Virus record (IMG/VR): IMGVR_UViG_3300049440_000066
Coordinates: 1-55,303 of that record
Source: a virus
Taxonomy: Duplodnaviria; Caudoviricetes
Strand: one strand, 5' to 3'
Length of the DNA stretch: 55,303 bases
Each line of letters begins with the position of its first letter. Within the stretch, counting starts at the first letter, position 1. The translations under genes and the position numbers were made by a program. Positions 25,924 through 35,580 of the stretch are shown here, in pieces. Below the pieces are notes generated by a model. It had not been told where the DNA came from. It saw only the letters and a list, made by a program, of their open reading frames with translations, and ran no database searches.

Positions 25924-28671
25924 ATGAGAAAGCTAATAGTACTTTCGATGATCTTAGCCATGTGTTCTGTGGCAAAAGCGCAACAAAAGCAGGCACTCAG
26001 CGCGGCTTCGGCCAGTTGTACGGCCACGTCATGCCTTGGGGTCACAGTCGATCAGACCCAAGGTGGCGCTACATTCACGATCACAGCCAACGCCTCGGGC
26101 AACACGATAGTTTTTGAAGCCTCCGGGGATGGCGGCACAACCAGAGTTGCGCTCAACGTGACTCCGAGCAATAGCACCACGGCGGTCACTTCGACTACGG
26201 GAACAGGAACCTGGCAGGCCAACACAGCCGGCTATACCAATGTCTACATGCGAATGTCGAACCTTGTCGGCGGAACCACGACTGTTTCGATCATTCAATC
26301 GACCGCCTCTGCCAGAGCTGGGGGAGGCGGTGGAGGCGGCAGTGGCTCCATCGTCTCCTGCACCGCTCCAGCCGCGAATGGAGCCATCCTCTTCCAGAAT
26401 GGAACAACGGACACAGCAACGTGCGATCCAAACCTCGTATGGAATCCGACAGGTGGCGGTCTTGGCGCTCTGGAAGTAACCGCCGATGGCGTCAACGCAT
26501 GGTATGCAATGGCTCCGATAGTGCAGGGGTCAACGATTACCGGGAATCAGCAGATGGCCGGCCTATTCGCTGAAGGCAATACAACGATCAATTCGCCGAA
26601 TACGAACGCGGACTCTGTAGCGGGCATTCTTGGAGATGCGTTGGGAGCGGGGAGCGGCACCTTTAATGAATTAGTTGGATCGTCTTTTAATGCCGGTTAT
26701 AGCGGTACAGGCACAGTCACTCTAATGAACGATTACCGGGCGCAGGGAGGTACAAATACCGGCGGCGGCACGGTTACTCATCTTAGCGGCTATTACTGCA
26801 ACGATATTCATGGCATAGCCTCGACGCTGAATACATGCTTCTATGCTGAAAATCAGGGTGCAGGCGCGAATGACTATGCGCTGTATCTGGCCGGAGGGAA
26901 GGCGCACATCGCCGCTATAGGTGCTTCAACTCCAGTTTGCACAGATAGTGGCAGCAACTTAGGGTCTTGCAATACATCTCTCCCGGCAGGTCAATTCTTG
27001 TTGGAGACGAATTGCGGGAGCCTAACAAACTGTTTCCAAGTTCACGCAGATGGTCAGCTAGTCACCGATCCAGTATTCACGGCTGGAAGTCACACCGTCA
27101 CTTCAGCTACAGCAGCGTTCTGTGGTGGAAGTGGACCAGCCTGCACAGCCGCACAGATCGCACGCGGTCACACGACGGATGTAGGGACAATCGCTGTGGG
27201 GCTTGATAATTGCCTGTCAGTAAACGAAATGGCCTGCACTTATAACTGCGCGCAAACGACGATTGCCACGGTAGCGAGCGCGACCAGTATTACTCTTACG
27301 GGAACATGTACTAGAAATTCTTCAGCCACAGCCAAATCGAATACCTTCTACTGGGGCCAGGATGACGGCGCTCAAATACAAGCGGCCAACCTTGCTTTGG
27401 ATACGGCTGCGAAGACAGCGCCAGCGGGCTTGAAATTACCATGCGGAATTATGCTGACCAGCCTTAATCCATTCATCGACCAATTCATAAACCGGCCCTT
27501 TAACATCGGTATTGATGGATGTGCGCCCGGAACTGTAAGCACGATCATTCCCCTACCTAAGATGGATTGTAATTTAGGCGTGAATGAGGGATGCCTGATC
27601 TACAGCAACTTTTCGCAGAAAGCTCTCGGGATTATTGGCTTGTCGGACAAGTTCAGGGACATTCTTTTCCTCGGCGCAGGCGTTCCCGACAAAGATTCGA
27701 CAGCTACTTATTCTGCGAGCACCAGCGGTATCTATATTCAGTTCCTTGACGAACTTGATGATGTGATGGTCGAAGGTTGGGACTGGAACCGAGCATCAGG
27801 AACTCCGGTCTACGGCATCAAGTGCATCGGCTGCACGCTGTTTAACTCTGGCTCTTATGCCGGAGGTAATTACGGCTGCTACTTAATATCGAACTCGCTC
27901 GTTGCTGCAAACATGCATGGTGGCCTTTGCGGTGGTTCGTCGTTTAATTCTCTTACCATCGGTACAGGTGCCTCAAATGGGGTATCGACATACGGTGTCT
28001 ACATCAATGGGACGAATGCCGGAGTGTTTGGAACAAAGACGACCTATGGTGTTTATAATGACGGCGGTTTGTGGAACGACTATGGCAGCGTCGTCGGTAC
28101 GGGTATTTGGCAGGACTTGGGGACGAGCGCGTTGTATGGAACCTGGGACAATGGTCTATCAAACTTCAACATCAACTTGGCGGGCGGCACGATCAAACTC
28201 TCCAACGCCCACATGGATGCCAATGCAAACATAACAGGCGGAACGCTCATAGATCAGTGCGGAAATACGAGCTTCCCTACGGGTATCACTTTCGTAGCTG
28301 GGACCATGTTAAGCGATTGCGTCGTGGGCGGGGATACGCAACTAGCGTTAGCGACGGCTCAGACAGCAAAAACAGTTTTCACTGTCGGGGCGGCAACCGT
28401 ACTTTTTCGAGTCCACATTTCGGTAGAGTGTACGACGACTTCTGCAAGCGCCACGGTTACACCTGCCGTGCTTTACACGGATACATCGAACACGGCGCAG
28501 ACGGTCACGGGCACGGCAGCGACCTGCACGGCTCTTGGAGCTGCTAGCAATACGAGCCAAGATGTAACATTTAGGGCCAAGAATGCGACTACTATCCAGT
28601 ATCAGACGACAATCGTCAACACCCCAACATATGATGTGAGTGTGACTGTCGAACAGTTGGGTTTACGCTAA
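25924..28671 (+). CDS. Tailspike/beta-helix-like protein with Sec-type signal peptide
   Basis: MRKLIVLSMILAMCSVAKA|Q; DG...GQDDGAQIQAA...LP.G pectate-lyase-like head; very T/G/N/C-rich. Confidence 0.7.
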   Translation: MRKLIVLSMILAMCSVAKAQQKQALSAASASCTATSCLGVTVDQTQGGATFTITANASGNTIVFEASGDGGTTRVALNVTPSNSTTAVTSTTGTGTWQANTAGYTNVYMRMSNLVGGTTTVSIIQSTASARAGGGGGGGSGSIVSCTAPAANGAILFQNGTTDTATCDPNLVWNPTGGGLGALEVTADGVNAWYAMAPIVQGSTITGNQQMAGLFAEGNTTINSPNTNADSVAGILGDALGAGSGTFNELVGSSFNAGYSGTGTVTLMNDYRAQGGTNTGGGTVTHLSGYYCNDIHGIASTLNTCFYAENQGAGANDYALYLAGGKAHIAAIGASTPVCTDSGSNLGSCNTSLPAGQFLLETNCGSLTNCFQVHADGQLVTDPVFTAGSHTVTSATAAFCGGSGPACTAAQIARGHTTDVGTIAVGLDNCLSVNEMACTYNCAQTTIATVASATSITLTGTCTRNSSATAKSNTFYWGQDDGAQIQAANLALDTAAKTAPAGLKLPCGIMLTSLNPFIDQFINRPFNIGIDGCAPGTVSTIIPLPKMDCNLGVNEGCLIYSNFSQKALGIIGLSDKFRDILFLGAGVPDKDSTATYSASTSGIYIQFLDELDDVMVEGWDWNRASGTPVYGIKCIGCTLFNSGSYAGGNYGCYLISNSLVAANMHGGLCGGSSFNSLTIGTGASNGVSTYGVYINGTNAGVFGTKTTYGVYNDGGLWNDYGSVVGTGIWQDLGTSALYGTWDNGLSNFNINLAGGTIKLSNAHMDANANITGGTLIDQCGNTSFPTGITFVAGTMLSDCVVGGDTQLALATAQTAKTVFTVGAATVLFRVHISVECTTTSASATVTPAVLYTDTSNTAQTVTGTAATCTALGAASNTSQDVTFRAKNATTIQYQTTIVNTPTYDVSVTVEQLGLR

Positions 28672-28672
28672 A

Positions 28673-29257
28673 ATGAAAAAGAATCTACAACTCGCCGCTT
28701 TTCTGATGGTCGGAGTTTTGCTCGGGAACCTCTTGGGCGGGTTCGTTCACGCGCAGACCTATCTGATTGCAACCGAAGTCCCGCGTGGCACGATTCTACT
28801 AATGGCGGCTGCATGTCCAACCGGATATGTGGAAGTCACAGCTCTTAACGGAGCGATGCCTCTTGGGACACTTGCCGCGAACGGAGATGTCGGCACAACA
28901 GGCGGCTCAAACACGATCACGCCCACTGTGGCCAGCCTGACGGCGGCGGCGCAAACTGTTTCATGGCCTGTCGGAGTTCCGACATTTGCAGGTTCGACAT
29001 TGGCGGCAACGACGTTCGCTATTGCTACCGGCAGCGGTTCTTTCAAAGGGACAAGCAGCGGAGGATTCTCTACCGTGGGCGGCGCGGCTCCGGGTTCGGC
29101 GGGAGCTACCACATCGAAAAGTCCAGGAACGCCTGCCGGGACTGTGGCATGGCCTGCCGGAGTGCCTACAAATTCCACGTCCTCAGTTACAGGTACGCTA
29201 AACAGTTTCGATAGCCGCTCGGCATTCGTGAGGGTGATATTTTGTCAAAAGTCCTGA
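28673..29257 (+). CDS. Tail-collar-like fibre protein with signal peptide
   Basis: ...FVHA|Q; VPRGTI...ACPTGY...GTTGG...VIFCQK collar pattern. Confidence 0.7.
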   Translation: MKKNLQLAAFLMVGVLLGNLLGGFVHAQTYLIATEVPRGTILLMAAACPTGYVEVTALNGAMPLGTLAANGDVGTTGGSNTITPTVASLTAAAQTVSWPVGVPTFAGSTLAATTFAIATGSGSFKGTSSGGFSTVGGAAPGSAGATTSKSPGTPAGTVAWPAGVPTNSTSSVTGTLNSFDSRSAFVRVIFCQKS

Positions 29258-29535
29258 TTGCGGCAATATTGCTCCTGATGCAATCTGCTCCTCCGATTGC
29301 GGTGTCGGTTTCTCCCGACAATGCGGAAGTGGCAAAAGGCCAGCAGCAACTCTATACAGCGACGGTGGCGAACGATCCGACAAACAGCGGAGTGACATGG
29401 ACACTAAAGGATGAAAATGGGAATCCATGCTCTCCCGGCTGCGGCACGCTGACGATGGTGACTCCGTTCACGGCAGTCTATACCGCGCCGAACGCGCCTG
29501 ATCCACCAACGGATTTGAAGGTGATCGTGATATGA
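29242..29535 (+). CDS. Ig-like domain protein with hydrophobic N-terminus
   Basis: VSVSP....V..GQ.Q.YTATV....NSGVTW...CGTL...YTAP. Confidence 0.7.
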   Translation: MSKVLIAAILLLMQSAPPIAVSVSPDNAEVAKGQQQLYTATVANDPTNSGVTWTLKDENGNPCSPGCGTLTMVTPFTAVYTAPNAPDPPTDLKVIVI

Positions 29536-29909
29536 AATCTTCCATACTCGAACGGTGGGAAGAAATCGGCAGGCAGATCAATGCCTTGCAAAAAGAGCGT
29601 GTCGAACTGCGAAGGATTATCCTCGACAAGATCGGGGCTTTCAGCGGGTCGAGACTCACAAGGCGGGAACGGGAAGTTCTGTCATTTCTTACGAGCGATC
29701 CCGGAATCGCCAACAAGGAAATCGCCGATAAACTGAACTGCGCCGAGAGAACGGTCAAGTTTCATCTAAGTTCGATGTTCGAGAAGTACAATGTCACAAA
29801 CAGGCGCGACTTGGTGCTGATGGCAACCGAAGAAATGGAGAGTAAAGCCGATGAAACGATTCCTGTTATGCGTGCCCCTGTTCCTGATGTGCGCCGCATC
29901 GCCAATTAG
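29532..29909 (+). CDS. LuxR/GerE-type HTH regulator with N-terminal coiled coil
   Basis: LTRREREVL...NKEIADKLNCAERTVKFHLSSMFEK. Confidence 0.88.
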   Translation: MKSSILERWEEIGRQINALQKERVELRRIILDKIGAFSGSRLTRREREVLSFLTSDPGIANKEIADKLNCAERTVKFHLSSMFEKYNVTNRRDLVLMATEEMESKADETIPVMRAPVPDVRRIAN

Positions 29910-30423
29910 AGCGCAGCACAAAGTCACTCTGACATGGACAAACTCGCCCGACACGAATAACACGTTCGTCTATCGGCTAACCGGACCTTGCCCGACGCCG
30001 CTGGCCGGATTTACGAAGCTCACCGCTTCCCCGGTTACGACCGCGACTTATGCCGATTCGGCTGTGAACGCCGGAACGACGTACGCTTACTATGCGACTG
30101 CATTCCTGAACAACCTCGAAAGCGTACCGAGTAATTGTGTTTCTGCGACCGTGCCAGTAGCGCCTCCGACTGGACTGGCAATCAGCAGCGTAGCGATTCT
30201 CCGACAAGGCACTCAGGACCGCTTGCAAGCCGACTGGACCGACACGAATGGTGTGGCTACAGCCTTCACGATCTTCGGCGGGCAGGGACAAGTTCTAAAG
30301 CAAGGTTCGCAAACCACTGGGAATGGGATATATTCTTTCGCAATCTTGGTGCCTCCGCAGAGTGGCGTGTTTTCGGTCTGCGATAGCAAGGGCTGCGTAA
30401 CTCAAGCGTTTACGGGCATCTGA
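29851..30423 (+). CDS. Secreted fibronectin type III-like protein
   Basis: ...PIRA|Q signal; VTLTW...VYR...Y.D..V.AGTTYAYYATA....ES.PSN. Confidence 0.75.
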   Translation: MKRFLLCVPLFLMCAASPIRAQHKVTLTWTNSPDTNNTFVYRLTGPCPTPLAGFTKLTASPVTTATYADSAVNAGTTYAYYATAFLNNLESVPSNCVSATVPVAPPTGLAISSVAILRQGTQDRLQADWTDTNGVATAFTIFGGQGQVLKQGSQTTGNGIYSFAILVPPQSGVFSVCDSKGCVTQAFTGI

Positions 30424-30959
30424 TGTTCGGACTTCATTGGCGGAAACGAATGGGCGAACATGACGACAAGCACCACGGCAAACCAGCGGAATCGCACGAC
30501 GAGCAGATCATTGCCCGTCTCGACTTCATCGAAGCACAGCTTGACGACATCATTGCTTTACTTCGGCCCAAGGCAGCAAGTATTCAGTTCCAGGTCAAGT
30601 TCAAAGGTCAAATCTTAGGAGGAAATCAAATGGTAGCACTCGATCCAACCAATAATGCGTACGATCTCGTTGTGACGGGCGAACTCGATGCGGCTGGAAA
30701 TCCGGTAGCTCTGCCGGCCATCGCATTTGGCTTCGCAGTCAGTGATCCGAACCTCGGCATAATGACCGTCAACGCCGATGGCAGGAGCGGGACTTTTGTG
30801 GCAAATAAGGCACAGACGGCCAGTTCCGCAGGTTCTATCGTGATTACGGACCCAGTTGTCGGTATCACGGCAGAATCGCATTTCACCTTCACCGTGCCGC
30901 CGCCTCCCGTGGCCGCCACGATCCAATTTAGTGAGAGCGCACCTCACCCTTCCGTCTAG
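30423..30959 (+). CDS. Ig-like protein with internal in-frame start at 30630
   Basis: LDAAGNPV, VSDP beta-rich domain; internal SD AGGAGG at 30617-30622. Confidence 0.6.
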   Translation: MFGLHWRKRMGEHDDKHHGKPAESHDEQIIARLDFIEAQLDDIIALLRPKAASIQFQVKFKGQILGGNQMVALDPTNNAYDLVVTGELDAAGNPVALPAIAFGFAVSDPNLGIMTVNADGRSGTFVANKAQTASSAGSIVITDPVVGITAESHFTFTVPPPPVAATIQFSESAPHPSV

Positions 30960-30967
30960 GAGGCTCG

Positions 30968-31237
30968 GTGCAAGACACTTGGTGGAATCACAACACCGAT
31001 AAGCTGATCCTGCTTCTCTTGGCTGCCGGCCTATGGTCGAGCACCATGTGGGCAGCGATGCACATTTTCCACCATGACCTCGACAACATGGCGGCGCTGG
31101 CTTTCATTTCTTTTATGACAGGATCGGTGAGCACGGTTCTCGGTGCATTGATCCTGATTCTAACGGGCCGAACATTCAGGGCTGACAATCCGACGCCTGC
31201 GCCATCTGTTCCGAGTCCAGAACAGCCCAAACCGTGA
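30968..31237 (+). CDS. Two-TM membrane protein (holin-like)
   Basis: Two hydrophobic helices; SD AGGAGG. Confidence 0.6.
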   Translation: MQDTWWNHNTDKLILLLLAAGLWSSTMWAAMHIFHHDLDNMAALAFISFMTGSVSTVLGALILILTGRTFRADNPTPAPSVPSPEQPKP

Positions 31238-31476
31238 ACGAAACCTCGATCATCAGCATGGTTCTGGTTATCCTTGCCTGGGCCGGTTCCGGGCTTATCA
31301 CTTGGGGCGTAATGAAGGGCAAGATGGAGGACTTCGAGCGCCGACTTGATGAAATCGAGGAAGACAGCAAGGGGCTACTTCCGAGGATCGAATACGATAA
31401 TCGGCACGCCGACCTAGTACGCCTGCTGACGCGCATCGAAGACAAGCTCGACCGGGAATTGAGGCATGAGAACTGA
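31234..31476 (+). CDS. TM plus coiled-coil lysis-cassette protein
   Basis: N-terminal TM, RIEDKLD coiled coil. Confidence 0.65.
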   Translation: MNETSIISMVLVILAWAGSGLITWGVMKGKMEDFERRLDEIEEDSKGLLPRIEYDNRHADLVRLLTRIEDKLDRELRHEN

Positions 31477-31495
31477 TGTGGGTTTATAATAAGCC

Positions 31496-31975
31496 ATGCA
31501 CGCAAAGCTATCCAACCCAGAATTGAGATTATGCGCTAGGAATGTTTGCCGTAAACCTTTTCTATCTGATTGGTCTGACAAACAGTACTGTATCCGCTTA
31601 TGTAAAATAAAAGAGGCCAATGAGCGGCACCGTCAGAGATTCCCAGAACGAGCACTTCAAAGGTCTAGGGATTTTGAAGCTCGCCATCCACACAGAGGAA
31701 AAGCCTACGCTAGAAAGTTCAAATATGGAATCAGCCAAGAGAAATTCGAGGCGATGATCCTAGAGCAAAAGAATTTCTGTAAACTGTGCGGGTTGCCTTT
31801 TGGTGAAGGCATTGTCCCTCGCGTAGATCACAATCATAAGACGGGGAAAGTGCGCGGACTTCTGCATGACAAATGCAATACTGGGATCGGCTTCTTTTCA
31901 GATGACCCATCTCTATGTCGGAAAGCTGCGAAGTACTTAGAGGATTCTGATGTCTTGGATATACGTTCAAAATAG
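31496..31975 (+). CDS. Endonuclease VII-like (HNH) homing endonuclease
   Basis: KYGIS...Q...CKLC...[25 protein letters not shown]. Confidence 0.9.
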   Translation: MHAKLSNPELRLCARNVCRKPFLSDWSDKQYCIRLCKIKEANERHRQRFPERALQRSRDFEARHPHRGKAYARKFKYGISQEKFEAMILEQKNFCKLCGLPFGEGIVPRVDHNHKTGKVRGLLHDKCNTGIGFFSDDPSLCRKAAKYLEDSDVLDIRSK

Positions 31976-32336
31976 CGGTCAACTGATTTCACCAGCGGGT
32001 GGCCTTATGGCAACTGGTTATAGTGGCGCGGGCACAGGAAAAAACGCGCCTACCGAGGAGAACGTGCAAAATGTCGGACCAATACCCGAAGGATGGTATG
32101 ACATCGAAGCGCCGGAAAATTCACCTACGCACGGGCCATTTGCCTTACGCCTTTTGCCGGACGCCGGAAACGCCATGTATGGACGCTCTGAGTTCCTTAT
32201 CCACGGTGACAGTATCGAGCGCCCCGGCCAAGCGAGCGAAGGTTGTATTATTTTGCCTCGATTTGCCCGAGAAGCCATCTGGAACGGCGGGGATCACCGA
32301 TTGCAGGTAGTCAAGGAACTGCCGACCAAGACATGA
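31950..32336 (+). CDS. Tlde1/DUF2778-family peptidoglycan-acting protein (probable endolysin)
   Basis: [37 protein letters not shown]. Confidence 0.85.
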   Translation: MSWIYVQNSGQLISPAGGLMATGYSGAGTGKNAPTEENVQNVGPIPEGWYDIEAPENSPTHGPFALRLLPDAGNAMYGRSEFLIHGDSIERPGQASEGCIILPRFAREAIWNGGDHRLQVVKELPTKT

Positions 32337-32518
32337 AAGACCTAGACCCACGCATCATGTTCGGCTTCTGCTTACTCCTCGCGGTTGCCATTCTTGCCGG
32401 GATTATCGCGCTCGGCCATGTCGAACAGACCACCAGCCACGGCCTCGACATCGTGCTCGGCTCACTTGCTACGCTGGCAGGCGGGTTTTCCAACTGGGCT
32501 TTCACAAAGAAAGACTAG
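32333..32518 (+). CDS. Two-TM holin-like protein
   Basis: 61 aa with two hydrophobic segments, after the lysin. Confidence 0.6.
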   Translation: MKDLDPRIMFGFCLLLAVAILAGIIALGHVEQTTSHGLDIVLGSLATLAGGFSNWAFTKKD

Positions 32519-32521
32519 CCA

Positions 32522-32555
32522 GCGTGGACCGGCCTTCCCCTAAGTCGATCCACGC
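32522..32555. terminator. Hairpin between convergent transcription units
   Basis: GCGTGGACCGGC / GTCGATCCACGC. Confidence 0.55.
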
Positions 32556-32576
32556 CAGCCGGGACAACGGCCAACT

Positions 32577-32747
32577 CTACAGTTTCCAATCTTCGAGATG
32601 TCGGAAAAGTGTCATTACAGCAGATAGGAACACCAGCAAAAGAAGTACTGATTGATGCGTTGTGATCATTTTGCTGTCTGGATCAGTGATTAAACCTATG
32701 CCAGCAAAGAAACAGCAATATATAAAGAATCGAGCAAGATGCTTCAT
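32577..32747 (-). CDS. Small two-TM protein
   Basis: SD GGGAGG; hydrophobic. Confidence 0.6.
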   Translation of the reverse strand: MKHLARFFIYCCFFAGIGLITDPDSKMITTHQSVLLLLVFLSAVMTLFRHLEDWKL

Positions 32748-32967
32748 ATTCCTCCCTAATTGAATCGAAGCAGTCGGCATCTCAGCCGAGACTTTTTCCT
32801 TTGGCCTTGGATACTCGCCTACAGTACTGACTCGTCGGCTAGCACCCGCGTCGCAACTCTCAATACTGCCCGCTCTGCGCGGTTCTGCCTCGAACTTGGA
32901 CTGCTAAACTCATGCCGCGCTTCCCGCAGACTCGGCGCGGCGCGAGGCCCAGTCTCGTTCTGCGGAA

Positions 32968-33153
32968 CTAGGATGTCGGCGGTAATCCGGCCAAGAGTTG
33001 CTTAATCAGCGCTGTGTTTGCAGTTGTTTGCGCGTCGGCAGCCGCTAGAATCTGATCGTCGGTCAATCCGTTCTGCGCCTTGATTCCATGAATGATGTTC
33101 ACGATGGCGTTGATTCCAGCGATTGCTTCTCCGATTATGCTGATCGGGTCCAT
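32968..33153 (-). CDS. Small amphipathic protein paired with the lipoprotein
   Basis: SD AGGAG; abuts 33154. Confidence 0.65.
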   Translation of the reverse strand: MDPISIIGEAIAGINAIVNIIHGIKAQNGLTDDQILAAADAQTTANTALIKQLLAGLPPTS

Positions 33154-33612
33154 TTAGTTTGCTCCTAGTGCGGTAATCGCAGAATTGACAGCACCGACAA
33201 TCGAGTTCGCTATCTGTGTGACATTGGCCTGAGACTTCGGATTGCTCACTTTCAGGGCCGCAAGTGTAGCCGGATCGCCGATCCCCGAGGCAAGAGACTT
33301 CGCACAGGCCGAGAATCCGCCTACTTTGGTTTGCGTGTGCGCTACCCGGATGCAGCCAATGTACTGCGCGTTTACGACGTTCACCAGGTTCGACCATCCG
33401 AGAATGTTGCGTTCTTCGGTGGCGTTCAGAAGTCCTTGCACCCGCCAAGCATCGACCAAAGCATCGCCGTTGTTCACCGATAGAGCCACATCATCGGCTA
33501 GACGAGATGCAATGCTGTAAGGCGTCGATGGCGCGGTCCCACCTGCCGGATTCTGCGCCGCGCATCCGGTCATCGAAACAGCCAGAACCAAAGCCAGTAC
33601 GATTCGCTTCAT
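33154..33612 (-). CDS. Lipoprotein
   Basis: MKRIVLALVLAVSMTG|C lipobox. Confidence 0.8.
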   Translation of the reverse strand: MKRIVLALVLAVSMTGCAAQNPAGGTAPSTPYSIASRLADDVALSVNNGDALVDAWRVQGLLNATEERNILGWSNLVNVVNAQYIGCIRVAHTQTKVGGFSACAKSLASGIGDPATLAALKVSNPKSQANVTQIANSIVGAVNSAITALGAN

Positions 33613-34058
33613 TTAACCTCCAATTTGACTTGTGTGTTTTTATACGCCGCTCTCGACGTAGATACTACATCAACCGCGCCCGCTCCAATCCACCAATAAT
33701 TTGCCGTTTTTATGTAGGGATCGGGCCGATGCGTGTGCAGCCAATGATCCATTGTAATCAATGTCCACGAACTGCCGAGGTCGATCAGCAGAACTTTGTG
33801 GAAGTCGGGATGCCGACCATAGAGAAACGAGTTCGCCTCATTGCAGTTCGGGAGTCGCTGGCAGTTGGCCGTGGTCGTAGCGTCGGCGAAGTCGGCTCCA
33901 ATCTCGGCAAGCGCCATCAGGTTCCAGGCAGGATGCCGAAACGTCACAAAGTCGATGCCAGTCTGTTTCACTTCATGGCCGATATTCGAGAGCAGTTTCT
34001 TCGGGCCAGCCGAAGCGGGAAGGGCCGACAGCAAGACAAGCGCAAGGATTCGTTTCAT
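33609..34058 (-). CDS. Exported/membrane protein
   Basis: Signal MKRILALVLLSALPASA; AD..TT...C.E.N..L.G..P motif. Confidence 0.7.
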   Translation of the reverse strand: MKRILALVLLSALPASAGPKKLLSNIGHEVKQTGIDFVTFRHPAWNLMALAEIGADFADATTTANCQRLPNCNEANSFLYGRHPDFHKVLLIDLGSSWTLITMDHWLHTHRPDPYIKTANYWWIGAGAVDVVSTSRAAYKNTQVKLEVK

Positions 34059-34214
34059 GGCTTTCCTCTTCCTCTCCGAGACTCACAAATTTTTAGGCCA
34101 GCGCGTCCGTAGAAGTCACTGGCCCATGATGATTGCCGCGCTGCATACGCTGCCCGAAGGTCGATAACGCGCTCGCCGCAGCTATGGCCCTTTCGACTAG
34201 GGCAACCATCAAGA

Positions 34215-34421
34215 TCAATCTCGTTTTACCTTCCCCGCCTTCCGCCTGACTCGCGGGCGCGGGCCGATCCGTCGCATAAATTCTTGACCAACAAAGAATC
34301 CAGCATCGACTCGAAAAGACGTTCCGTTGGGAGCGCGTTCATGTATCTTCGTAACGCATCGGCCTCCGCCAACAATCGGCCCGTATGAAACAGTTTGCCC
34401 GACCCGAAACTTGTCAGCCAT
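34215..34421 (-). CDS. Hypothetical SH3-like small protein
   Basis: KFRVGQTV start; SD GGAGGAG. Confidence 0.55.
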   Translation of the reverse strand: MADKFRVGQTVSYGPIVGGGRCVTKIHERAPNGTSFRVDAGFFVGQEFMRRIGPRPRVRRKAGKVKRD

Positions 34422-34887
34422 TCGTCTCCTCCGGCGCTCCGGCAGCGGCAGTTTCATTCATACGGATGATGTTATTGTGTTCCTCTCGCGTGATATATCG
34501 CTCGGCCACGGCTTCCGGTGCCAACCAGCCAGCTTGGATCAACTCATTTTGTGCTTCAGCTGCGATATGGGCGTCGTGCCTGTCGAGGTCCGGCTGGTCG
34601 GTGGGGATGGCAAGGATGTGCTTCGTCCATACGCGGGGATCAATTTCGTAGGAATCAGCGTTCTGATTAAATCCACAAGAGCAATACACCCATACTTTTC
34701 TCGTTGTATCGTTAATTGCGAGCATCGGCTGGTGCGCAGCCACCTGCCGCACAATCGCGGCCTGATTCAGCGCCAGTTCGTCGGTTAGAGCATCGATGGT
34801 GTCGAGAAAACGCCTGAACATACGTGGATCATTTGGAGGATTTAGCTTTCTAAGTTCGTCCAACCCTTCCTTCGACAATCGACTCAT
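34414..34887 (-). CDS. Hypothetical protein
   Basis: Coupled ORF; CSCG...W..H. Confidence 0.6.
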   Translation of the reverse strand: MSRLSKEGLDELRKLNPPNDPRMFRRFLDTIDALTDELALNQAAIVRQVAAHQPMLAINDTTRKVWVYCSCGFNQNADSYEIDPRVWTKHILAIPTDQPDLDRHDAHIAAEAQNELIQAGWLAPEAVAERYITREEHNNIIRMNETAAAGAPEETNG

Positions 34888-35348
34888 CTCTTTTGCTTCC
34901 TTTCCGGCGTGGCGGCAGGCTCGCCCAGGGCGGCGAGGAGTTCGCGCACAGTTTTGATCCAATGACGTACCTTTTCTCGATGCTGATAAACAAACTCGCG
35001 CGTCCGATTACTTTTGTCCAACTCGACCTCGGCAGCCCACGCCAGATTGCCTGCTGCTTCTCGCAGTTCCCTCACCCGGTCGATCTGCGCTTGCAGGGCT
35101 GCTGTTTTCCTGTCGGCCTGTTCTTCATCCAACAACATCATGTCGATTTGTTCGGTATATCCAGTGATTTTTTGTTTTAGCTGCCCCTCCAACTCCTCAA
35201 TCCTGCGGTCCTTCGCGGCGAAGTCGGCTCGAAGAAGAGTTGCACATGATCGTAACTGCTGCCCGCGAATCGCGTTAGTCGTATGCAACGCTTTAGCGAT
35301 CTCATGCAATTCGTCGAGTAATAGTTCCGTGCGCGGTTTCTCGGTCAT
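34884..35348 (-). CDS. Coiled-coil hypothetical protein
   Basis: AKDRRIEELE; SD GGAG. Confidence 0.65.
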   Translation of the reverse strand: MTEKPRTELLLDELHEIAKALHTTNAIRGQQLRSCATLLRADFAAKDRRIEELEGQLKQKITGYTEQIDMMLLDEEQADRKTAALQAQIDRVRELREAAGNLAWAAEVELDKSNRTREFVYQHREKVRHWIKTVRELLAALGEPAATPERKQKR

Positions 35349-35352
35349 GGCG

Positions 35353-35580
35353 TCAGTCTCCCCGGCGAATGCGCCGCCATTTTCTTTCCATCAAAGTCCA
35401 ACTGCTTTCATAAGCATCCTCGACCGGCTTGCCGTTGTGAGATATTTTCCTGGCCAGGATTGATTCTTCTCCGACTGCTGTAATGCGAATCACCGTGGGG
35501 CCATAACCCTCATTCCCGACGAGCCGTGTCCCGGCCTTCCAGCCGTTCCGCTTGCATTTTTCGACCGTGCCGTCGTTCAT
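35353..35580 (-). CDS. Hypothetical protein flanked by a 17-bp direct repeat
   Basis: MNDGTVEK...; repeat at 35345-35361 and 35577-35593. Confidence 0.7.
   Translation of the reverse strand: MNDGTVEKCKRNGWKAGTRLVGNEGYGPTVIRITAVGEESILARKISHNGKPVEDAYESSWTLMERKWRRIRRGD

Noticed and set aside
24710-29257. Diversity-generating retroelement or invertible fibre switch
   Set aside because: No reverse transcriptase, invertase or template/variable repeat pair was seen.
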